The position numbers were made by a program, and so were the translations under genes. Below the pieces are notes generated by a model. It ran no database searches. It had not been told where the DNA came from and saw only the letters and a program-made list of their open reading frames with translations. From contig JAMOUS010000060.1 in assembly GCA_027067975.1 (NCBI GenBank), positions 1 to 56,403 of the forward strand: a stretch of 56,403 bases of DNA. The letters are read 5' to 3'. Of the stretch, positions 8,101 through 14,510 are shown piece after piece; position 1 is the stretch's first letter; every line of letters begins with the position of its first letter. The DNA comes from Bacteroidales bacterium (GTDB lineage Bacteria; Bacteroidota; Bacteroidia; Bacteroidales; VadinHA17).

Positions 8101-9600
8101 TACGATCTTCTTCAGGATGCCGGCCATCACCTTGACGGTGTCGGGCATACGGTCGGCGCCCGGCAGACGCCAGGCCCGCGCGGCGGCATAGTCGAGATGC
8201 AGATGGGGACGCAGGAACCATCGGATGTTACACGCCCCGCCGCTGTGGGCAGGAGGACGCAGCATCGCAATATCATGGTGGTTCACCACCGTCATCGCCG
8301 GCACGGGCGAGTCGTTGCGTTTGCCGTTGTAATAGCCCCACAGGTCCTTGGCAAAGGAGCCGCGCGGCGGCAGGGGCTGCTCGTCATAGAAGAAGAGCCA
8401 GGGCGGCTTCTCCTCCGTGCCGGCACGCTCCTGCACCGCATCCAGCCGCAGGCGCCGGCAAGGCGGAAGATAATCTTCCGGACCCCCGCAGCCCGTACCG
8501 GGATAGTAACTGTACCGGAAAAGGAAATGCACCGAACGCTGCTCGTCATCGGGATGATGCACGACGATCTCTTTCAACGCCAGGACACTGCCTCCGGGAT
8601 AAGGGTCTTTCTCCTCGGCATGGAAGGTCACCCGCACCTTCCCCCCGCCGCGGTCGTGCACCACCTCACGGAGGTGTTTCTCCTCCATGAACGACGAGGA
8701 ATAACGGTAGCGGTCGTCCCACGAGGGATAGTCACATCCTTTACGGAGCAGGGAGACCGGATAGCGGTGTTCCACACTGCGGTTGAAGTAGTAGAAGGTG
8801 AAGCGGTCGGCGGCGTTGGGATCTTCGATCCTCACCAGATGCCAGGTGGAGATGAACTCCTGGCGGGGGTTGCCGTTGGCGTCCACCTGGCGGGTGATGT
8901 CGCAAGCCGCTTCGCTGCCGCCGAAGGTATAGCGGATGCCCTGCTCGTCGGTGAGGGTCCAGGCGATGATCCTCCCTCCGGCTTGGCGGAGGAAGGTGAT
9001 CTCCACATCGCCGGGGGTGAGGAGCAGGACGGTGCTGTCGTCCCGGAGGGCGAAGGTGCCGCTGTGGCCGGGGAAGGCATAGCTGAAGAGGTCGGGCTCC
9101 AGGTCGGTCCACCGCTGGGCGGCGGCGAGGAGCAGGTCGCGCTGCTGCTGCACGTCGCCCGGCGGCTGCCAGGAGGAGTAAGGCTGGAGAGAGCGGGTGA
9201 GCAGGGGCAGCTGGCGGGTGCCGGTGGCCAGGTAGCCTCCCGGCAGGTCGTCGGCGGTGCCGCGGACGGTCCGGGTGACGGCGCCTCCGCACTGCAGCGA
9301 CCACCCCAGGCCCGTCCAGCCGGCCTGGGCCGCCACCTTCATGCCCGTGCTGTGGTAGCTCAGCGTAATGCCCACCGCCATATGTTGCCCTTTCAGCGTC
9401 CACAGCGGAATGCGTACCGCCGGCGTGCCGCCGTAGAGGGAGCCCCCCACCGTCGCCTGACGCGTGAGGGCCGCCGCCTCCGGCGCCGGCGGCACCAGAT
9501 GGTCGAGGTCGGGCACCGCCACCTGTGCCGGCGACGGAAAAGAGAGCATGAGCGGCATCAGCCACAACAACCAACCGCGCAGCATACTACGCTCTTTCAT
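5140..9600 (-). CDS. Giant secreted YD/RHS-repeat protein with TcB/SpvB-like N-terminus and C-terminal Ig-like, BACON and Ig-like domains
   Basis: 1486-aa ORF with a signal peptide (MKERSMLRGWLLWLMPLMLSFPSPAQ). The N-terminal LSYHSTG...GWTGLGWSL...VTRTVRG motif is SpvB/TcB-like. YD repeats are present (YTYDPLAGMTRMAGPDGRTTRYDHDAFGRLVRVWDAGGR). A BACON-like segment follows (FRLSPPEVHVEAAG...WVTIREKNEDNFSIVVEANPHENERRDTLMLTAG...VVQEG). Confidence 0.85.
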   Translation of the reverse strand: MKERSMLRGWLLWLMPLMLSFPSPAQVAVPDLDHLVPPAPEAAALTRQATVGGSLYGGTPAVRIPLWTLKGQHMAVGITLSYHSTGMKVAAQAGWTGLGWSLQCGGAVTRTVRGTADDLPGGYLATGTRQLPLLTRSLQPYSSWQPPGDVQQQRDLLLAAAQRWTDLEPDLFSYAFPGHSGTFALRDDSTVLLLTPGDVEITFLRQAGGRIIAWTLTDEQGIRYTFGGSEAACDITRQVDANGNPRQEFISTWHLVRIEDPNAADRFTFYYFNRSVEHRYPVSLLRKGCDYPSWDDRYRYSSSFMEEKHLREVVHDRGGGKVRVTFHAEEKDPYPGGSVLALKEIVVHHPDDEQRSVHFLFRYSYYPGTGCGGPEDYLPPCRRLRLDAVQERAGTEEKPPWLFFYDEQPLPPRGSFAKDLWGYYNGKRNDSPVPAMTVVNHHDIAMLRPPAHSGGACNIRWFLRPHLHLDYAAARAWRLPGADRMPDTVKVMAGILKKIVYPTGGATLLEYEPNKVGYLMYPAGEMKKEVAAGGGGDASCRFSVDPGQVVRLVPLFFRKTEEGTIPPSDRIVVKRVELDTERVVFAVSYRRLLDEAAGKETEYRFWLDKGTYILEAERFAPDRNDVVVGKLYYRQGTYDTVYRVYANDYELRRVTAGALHFPDDSSYAVEKSFSLTPEDDRLVEVSWHFRSPTAPNLVPASLLEHPYTVVQLYRDEGDTLLLEELFPVHDSVPWDGQEGYHWEGSLWMSLAPGSYRMVFRPRVPAEAGYIRVEYRQAVRTRPYAIAGGVRLKRRLDLNELGDTVRVREYSYVREEVDGRPPSGVLLGIPLFWEEPEELYYVGQQPAYDPACFPLEVYSLARAEVPTTQGSHVVYACVSEHIPGNGRTVTWYTSPLDHPDITLPHFPFAENSSFAWARGQVKERRVYAEDGRLRQRQVSRFSGREDTLFLPAVPAVKVVQRDPDNPFSFRWTATLRRGGWLRPLKKEQWQYDTTGLHAFYTSTSLAYDTLHFHLRREVTHTSDGRKVRVEHLRADDLPQDYPGKALLLERHMTGVVVQEERYVDSVRVAGTRTFYGRHGGVVAPDSVQTLEGKQYRTTTWFDRYDPRGHLLQYHGCDRVYHALHWDEWGNPVTTVVNAVYSPQGVYPDGAMVTHYTYDPLAGMTRMAGPDGRTTRYDHDAFGRLVRVWDAGGRIRSAYAYRYRGYDGDTSRPYFVDHGYLASLPADSVVMMATAVVRNCPVTLRVAGGRLGTQAAWYWYRGGCGLHPVDTGETLTVTVARTEKFFVRAEGLLNTTPCRSITLIPGKATFRLSPPEVHVEAAGTSHPLFINTGYTGCEPWQVVSSAPWVTIREKNEDNFSIVVEANPHENERRDTLMLTAGAASAWIAVVQEGRSASEPGLTITWSPSFVQEGTEVTLTATVENCEEPRFTWEIKKDSETGWTPLQPSGDGNPGVVTVTAGAESFSVRCTATCDGMEVTSQVHVEVAQ

Positions 9601-9611
9601 CTTCGTTTTTT

Positions 9612-11651
9612 TTATCTTCCGGTGATGACGATCTTCTTGGTCACGACCCCGAAGCGGGAGGTCATCCGCAGGTAGTAGACCCCCTCATCCAGCTGCTGGC
9701 GGTGCCAGAGGAAGGAGTGCATCCCTTTTTCCCCTGCCTCCTCACGGATGACGAAGAGCTCTTTGCCGGAGGCATCCCATAGGGAGATCACCACCTCCGT
9801 CCCGGCGGGCAGGGAATAGAGGATGCGTGTCACCTCCGCAAAGGGGTTGGGGTAGACGGACAGGTCGTAAACGCCTGTGGTCTCTTTCCTTTCGACGGTG
9901 ATGGAGGCCTGCAACTGGCAGCCGGCCGAGTCGGTGACGGTCACCTCATAGGTGCCGGCGCTGAGGGCGGTGAGTTCGGCGCCCCTGTCGCCGGTGTTCC
10001 AGCGGATCTCCCAGGGGGGCAGGCCGCTGGTGACGGCGAGGCGGATGGCGCCGTTGCCGCCGCCGGGGAGGACCTCATCCTCCACCTCGTAACGTATCCG
10101 TATCGAGTCGGCTGCCACGCGAAGGCTGTCTTCGGCCACACAACCGTAGGCGTCGGTCACCCGGATGCGGTACAGACCCGTGTCGTGCACGGCCAGCCAA
10201 CGCCCTTCGACGGCGCCGGGCGACCAGAGGTAGCGGACAAAGCCTTCGCCGGCGTCAAGGGTGTCACTCGCCCCCTCGCAGAGGTAGTGGATCTCTTCCG
10301 GCAGCTCGTACTGGAGCCGCGAGCAGGGGTCGAGCCACGACTGCAGGAAGAGGCCGTCGCGGTCGTAGGGTTCGCCCCGGCGGCCGGGGTGGTGGAGGAG
10401 GCCGCCGGCGGCCAGGCGCGGCGGCAACGGCGCCACCAGGAACGCCGGCGTCAGGGCGGCTTCGCCTCCCAGCCGCCGTGCCCAACGCAGCCGGCCCCCC
10501 TCCCACTCCGCCAGGAAGAGGGCGGCGCTCCTGCCGGGGGCCGCCAAGGTGTCGCCGGCGGCTGTCACCACGCGACGCCCCGACAGCAGGAGGAAGAAGA
10601 TGCGGCCGCGGGGGTCGACCGTCACCCGCTCGACCGCCTCGCAGAGGCTCCCGTCGAAGGTATGGAGATGTATGCCGAGGGTATCGTACACCAGGAGGAA
10701 GGCTTCGCCGCCACGGCGTGCGGTGACGGCGGTGTCGCCGCTGCGGAGTGTCCCCGCGAAGGTGCCACCCGCAAGCAGGGCGGCGCCGCCGGCCGCCAGA
10801 TCATGCAGTGTAAGGGAGGGTGCAACGGCGAGGGTCCGGAGGCGAAGATGTCCCTGCGGGTTGCGGCAGCCGGTAAAGAGGGCGGTCATGCCGCCGCCCA
10901 GCAGGAGCGTGTCGCCGCCGTCGAGCGTGCCGGTGAAGGTGCCGGCAAAGCAGAGGGTGTCCTCCCGTGCGGCAAGGCGCGGCACATGCACCGTCCCCGT
11001 AGTGCGGAGGAGGGACAGGTCCGGCGGCTGTCCGGGACGCAGGCGGAGGAAGAAAGCGTCGTCGCCGCCGCGGGCGCGCAGCGTGCGCCCCTGCCAGCGC
11101 ATCTTCAGGAAAACGCCGGCAGCATGGAGGCTGCCGCCGGGGCCGGCATACACGGCGGTGATCCTCCCCCGGAGGTCAGGGGTGATGAGGATGGCGTTCA
11201 CCCCCTCTCCTTTCGCGTTACAGGTGAGCATGAGGAGGCTGGGTCGTCCGCGCGAGGTGAAGGTGGTGCCCGCGGCGGCCACGCGCTCACGGAAGGCGAG
11301 GAAGAGCGTCCACGAGCCGTCGCGGCCGGCGGCGCCGCCCTGCACGTCGCACCCTCCGCGGCACGTCGCGATATCCTTCAGCATGACGAGCCGGCCGGCC
11401 GTATCCCAGGCCGCCACGAAGAGACCGTGTTCTCCGGTGGGCACCTCCACCTGCCGGCCGGCCAGCCTCAGCCTCCCGTCAAACATGCCGGCCAAATGTA
11501 CCGTGCCGGCCGTGTCGACCCCCGCGGCGGCCACCACCAGCGCACGCCCCTCCGCCCCCAGCGAATCCAAAGGGATATACCGCTGGGCCGACAACCAGAA
11601 CGGGAAACACAACAAGAAGCTCCAGGACAAAGAAAACGCGATCCGGAACAT
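9612..11651 (-). CDS. T9SS-sorted secreted protein: SBBP-like beta-propeller repeats, Ig-like domain, SprB repeat, Por_Secre_tail C-terminal domain
   Basis: 679-aa ORF with a signal peptide (MFRIAFSLSWSFLLCFPFWLSAQ). SprB repeat: GGGNGAIRLAVTSGLPPWEIRWNTGDRGAELTALSAGTYEVTVTDSAGC. T9SS type-A CTD: VYPNPFAEVTRILYSLPAGTEVVISLWDASGKELF...GVYYLRM. Confidence 0.85.
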   Translation of the reverse strand: MFRIAFSLSWSFLLCFPFWLSAQRYIPLDSLGAEGRALVVAAAGVDTAGTVHLAGMFDGRLRLAGRQVEVPTGEHGLFVAAWDTAGRLVMLKDIATCRGGCDVQGGAAGRDGSWTLFLAFRERVAAAGTTFTSRGRPSLLMLTCNAKGEGVNAILITPDLRGRITAVYAGPGGSLHAAGVFLKMRWQGRTLRARGGDDAFFLRLRPGQPPDLSLLRTTGTVHVPRLAAREDTLCFAGTFTGTLDGGDTLLLGGGMTALFTGCRNPQGHLRLRTLAVAPSLTLHDLAAGGAALLAGGTFAGTLRSGDTAVTARRGGEAFLLVYDTLGIHLHTFDGSLCEAVERVTVDPRGRIFFLLLSGRRVVTAAGDTLAAPGRSAALFLAEWEGGRLRWARRLGGEAALTPAFLVAPLPPRLAAGGLLHHPGRRGEPYDRDGLFLQSWLDPCSRLQYELPEEIHYLCEGASDTLDAGEGFVRYLWSPGAVEGRWLAVHDTGLYRIRVTDAYGCVAEDSLRVAADSIRIRYEVEDEVLPGGGNGAIRLAVTSGLPPWEIRWNTGDRGAELTALSAGTYEVTVTDSAGCQLQASITVERKETTGVYDLSVYPNPFAEVTRILYSLPAGTEVVISLWDASGKELFVIREEAGEKGMHSFLWHRQQLDEGVYYLRMTSRFGVVTKKIVITGR

Positions 11652-11723
11652 TTTCCCAAGATTCCGGGGAATGTCCCCTGTTCCAATAAATAGTTCCGGA
11701 AAGGTGCTTTTTCTTCCCCGGGA

Positions 11724-12635
11724 TCAGGATCTTTTATGTTTCACCACAGTGAATAGCAGGTGGTTATAGGGAAGGCGCACCGCCGGGTCGCGGCGTAGGA
11801 CGATCAGGCCCTTTCCCGTGTCGTAGACCCAGTCGTTCCAGTCGACCTGGTCGCGGCGGCATTGTACGGCGACGTAGCTGCCTTCGCGCAGGCGGGCCAC
11901 CGGTCCCGCCACCTGGTGGAGCATCAGGCCCAGGTGGAACGACTGGACGATCTTGTTGCGGCTGTGGGTGAGCACGAGCTTCACCAGTCCTTCACCCAGG
12001 CGGGTGACGGTCTCGATCCCCGGCAGTGCGTTCTCCACCAGGTCGAGGCCCTTGCGGATCACCGGCGTGTCGAGCACGCGCAGTGCCTCTTCGTCCTCGT
12101 CGTTGGCGAGGTTGATGACGTTCACCTCAAACGAGACCCCTTCGGGGGGCACGGTGAGTCCGGCGAAGATGGTGCTGCCCAACACGCCGGCGCCCTCGCC
12201 CTCACGGGAGAGGTACTTTTGCTGGTACTGCACCTTCACGGGCTTGCCGCGCGGGGAGGTACCGTGGCGGGCGGTGAACTCCAGCAGTACGTGATGCCTT
12301 CCCCAGCCGGGGTAGTTCATCGTGAAGAGCCCTGCCAGGAGGATGTCGATGCGTTCGCCGGCAAGGGAGGTGTCCGGATCGACATTCCCGGCAAAAACGA
12401 CATCGTTGCTCCCTTTCTTTTGTCCGGGGGCGATGAAGCCGAAGGTGTGCTCCGTCCCCCGCCAGGAGGCCCGCTCCAGGCGGGGCATCTCCTCCACCTC
12501 GCCGATAGGCCGTGCGGCCAGGGAAGGATCCTCGGCCACCAGTGAGCGCAAGACATCGCTCCCTTCGCGGTCGCCGATATCCTGCAAATAGCTGATGGCT
12601 TCGTCAACAGTCAGGTCAGAAAGTTTCGTTTTCAT
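11724..12635 (-). CDS. Hypothetical cytoplasmic protein (no recognisable family)
   Basis: 303-aa ORF with no signal peptide or TM segment. Its composition is protein-like, unlike the H/G/D/V-rich antisense ORF 11862..12545. It is co-directional with the flanking genes. Confidence 0.6.
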   Translation of the reverse strand: MKTKLSDLTVDEAISYLQDIGDREGSDVLRSLVAEDPSLAARPIGEVEEMPRLERASWRGTEHTFGFIAPGQKKGSNDVVFAGNVDPDTSLAGERIDILLAGLFTMNYPGWGRHHVLLEFTARHGTSPRGKPVKVQYQQKYLSREGEGAGVLGSTIFAGLTVPPEGVSFEVNVINLANDEDEEALRVLDTPVIRKGLDLVENALPGIETVTRLGEGLVKLVLTHSRNKIVQSFHLGLMLHQVAGPVARLREGSYVAVQCRRDQVDWNDWVYDTGKGLIVLRRDPAVRLPYNHLLFTVVKHKRS

Positions 12636-12682
12636 CTTTCTTCATATTTTGGTCGATGAATACGATCTCTTTCCTTGTCCGT

Positions 12683-13504
12683 TCACTCCGGCACTTTCAC
12701 GGAGAAGCCGGCTTTCCGCACCGCCTCGAGGCTCATCTCCCAGCAACGGTCCTGCAACTGCTCGTCATAGCTGACGGCCGCCGAGCGGCGGCGTGCGCCG
12801 TTCTCGAAGTAGGCGCCCGAAACCCCTTCCAGCGAAGGGTCGGTCGAGACATATACGGTCATCTTCGACCCTTCGCGCACCGGCGCCCCCACAGGTCCCC
12901 ATGTCGATGTCAGTACCTTTGTGTTGATGACGCCCGGATGCAGGGCATTCACGGTGATCTTGCGCCTTCCTTCGAGGAGGCGGTGCAGCTTATAGGCAAA
13001 GAGGACATTGCAGAGTTTCGAACGGGAATAGGCGGCCACCGGGTCGAAGTAGTCCTCGTCGTTGAGCCGGTCGAGGTCGATCTCCGTGGCATGCACCATC
13101 GAAGAGACGTTGACGATACGGGCCGGCTCGTTCAGATGATCGAGGAGCAGCAGGGTGAGAAAAAAATGCCCCAGGTGGTTGACGGCCCAGGTGAGCTCGT
13201 AACCGTCCTCCGAAAGGCGATATTCATGCGCAATAATCCCTGCATTGTTGAGAAGGATGTCGAGCGGCGGACCCTCCTTCACGGTCTCTGCCATCCTTTC
13301 CACCTGTGCCAGTGAGGAAAAGTCGGCCGTAACGCCATAGACACTCCCGCCGGGGTGGAGGCGCTCCAGCTCCTTGACCGTGTCTTCCACACGCCGGGGG
13401 GAGCGGCCGTGCACCGTGATATCGTACCCCTGCCGTGCCAGCACACGCGCCGTCTCACGGCCGATGCCGTCGGTGGAACCCGTGATCAATATGTGTTTTG
13501 CCAT
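12683..13504 (-). CDS. Short-chain dehydrogenase/reductase (classical SDR, retinol-dehydrogenase-like)
   Basis: 273-aa ORF. ILITGSTDGIGRETA (TGxxxGxG) and NNAG are present, with a downstream YxxxK-type region (AYSRSKLCN). Confidence 0.9.
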   Translation of the reverse strand: MAKHILITGSTDGIGRETARVLARQGYDITVHGRSPRRVEDTVKELERLHPGGSVYGVTADFSSLAQVERMAETVKEGPPLDILLNNAGIIAHEYRLSEDGYELTWAVNHLGHFFLTLLLLDHLNEPARIVNVSSMVHATEIDLDRLNDEDYFDPVAAYSRSKLCNVLFAYKLHRLLEGRRKITVNALHPGVINTKVLTSTWGPVGAPVREGSKMTVYVSTDPSLEGVSGAYFENGARRRSAAVSYDEQLQDRCWEMSLEAVRKAGFSVKVPE

Positions 13505-13604
13505 GTCTCCCTATCCTTTGTCGTCCAAAATATAAAATTTTCTCCAATCGCGGATCTGTTTCGGGCACGGAGGAGCATTCAATGTGGAGCGGAGGGATAT
13601 TGGT

Positions 13605-14160
13605 CAAGTGTCTCGAGCACTTCGAGTGCCTAAAGTTGGAAATTACAAGTGCCTAAAGTCAGTGACACCCGGATTCTGCAAGGCGAAGCCGCAGCGGAAT
13701 CCGCTGGTGGAACTGACCCTGACCGGAGCCGTAGGCGAAGCGTCAGGGTTACAAGAAAGTGCTTGGAGTACTTAAAGTGCTTAAAATTGCAAGTTACAAG
13801 TGACTAAAGTCAATGACACCCGGCTTTCGCGAAGCTTTAGCTGTAGCGAAAGCCGATGGTGGAACTGACCCTGACCGGAGCCGTAGGCGAAGCGTCAGGG
13901 TTACAAGAAAGTGCCTGGAGTACTTAAAGTGCCTAAAATTGCAAGTTACAAGTGACTAAAGTCAATGACACCCGGCTTTCGCGAAGCTTTAGCTGTAGCG
14001 AAAGCCGATGGTGGAATTGACCCTGACCGGAACGAAGTGGAGCGTCAGGGTTACAAAAAAGTGCCTGGAGTGCCTAGAGTTGAAAGTTACAAGTGCCTAA
14101 AGTCAGTGACACCCGCCTCGTGCGAGGCGTAGAAGAAGCGGAATCTGCCGGTGGGCCTGA
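13605..14160 (+). repeat. Tandem array of a ~151-bp structured unit (about 3.7 copies), locus B1
   Basis: Unit starts (AGTG[AC]CTAAAGTCA[AG]TGACACCCG) are at 13648, 13799, 13951 and 14092, preceded by a partial tail from ~13605. Each unit has hairpin 1 (e.g. CGGCTTTCGC...GCGAAAGCCG), hairpin 2 (ACCCTGAC...GTCAGGGT) and a 9-mer tail. Copies 2 and 3 are nearly identical over their first ~70 nt. Confidence 0.95.
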
Positions 14161-14356
14161 CTCGATACTCCATACTCCATACTCCATACTTCACTTTTGC
14201 CTTTTGCCTTACCGGCAAAGTTCTGAGTTCAGAGTATCGAGTATCGAGTTGGCTTTTGACAATGCCTGAACCCTTTTATCTTTTTCCTTTTGTCTTTTGT
14301 CCTGGCGAAGGCGGATCGCTTCATCGCATTATCGCTTCATCGTGTCCGTCGCAGCC
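14161..14356. repeat. Mosaic intergenic repeat, locus B2 (inverted heptamer arms, CTTTTGCC/CTTTTGTC 8-mers, CGCTTCAT 8-mers)
   Basis: 14161-14189 is the reverse complement of the heptamer run at ~1735-1763. 14193-14220 is CACTTTTGCCTTTTGCCTTACCGGCAAAG, with palindrome TTGCC..GGCAA. 14231-14250 carries forward heptamers. 14263-14310 is TGCCTGAACCCTTTTATC...CCTTTTGTCTTTTGTCCTGGCGAAG. 14316-14342 is a CGCTTCAT-type run. 14221-14356 is collinear with 43079-43261. Confidence 0.9.
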
Positions 14357-14510
14357 TCTTCGATCAACATAGCTTTAGCGAAGTTGATTAGCGGAGGCGG
14401 ATTATCTTTTATCATGTTGAGCTTCCCTGAAGCATCACCATTTCGTTGGCTGTGCATAAAAAGATGATTTATAACCGTTATCTTTATGGATCCGGAAAGG
14501 AGGGTTTTGG

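Noticed and set aside
7378-9675. A 765-aa plus-strand ORF antisense to the YD-repeat gene and spilling into the next gene. The same kind of ORF occurs at 10185..11693, 10549..11769, 11862..12545, 21946..24684 (912 aa), 31687..32955, 35850..37211, 37732..38925, 39049..40803, 46187..48391 (734 aa), 49781..50941 and 55071..56045.
   Set aside because: Each lies opposite a gene with clear family motifs, signal peptides or domain order. Their products are low-complexity and rich in G/H/D/V/R/A/P, have no recognisable motifs, and cross real gene boundaries. This is the typical shadow-ORF effect of GC-rich, RNY-biased coding DNA.
5140-12635. The GC-rich block as a genomic island or mobile element.
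   Set aside because: No integrase, transposase, tRNA target, flanking direct repeats or conjugation genes are visible. Only the compositional observation is reported as a finding.
13700-14060. Recurrent GTAG tetranucleotides next to the repeat hairpins (GCCGTAGGCG, CTGTAGCGAAAG, GATGTAGGAC), considered as a REP/RAYT-like recognition signal.
   Set aside because: The counts are only slightly above what a 150-nt unit gives by chance, the position relative to the stems is not constant, and no RAYT gene is in the window. This is kept only as something to test in a genome-wide census.
13605-14160. A possible CRISPR array, or an integron attC array.
   Set aside because: The units abut one another with no unique spacers or gene cassettes between them. 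The unit length (~151 bp) and internal architecture do not fit CRISPR repeats. No cas or intI gene is in the window.
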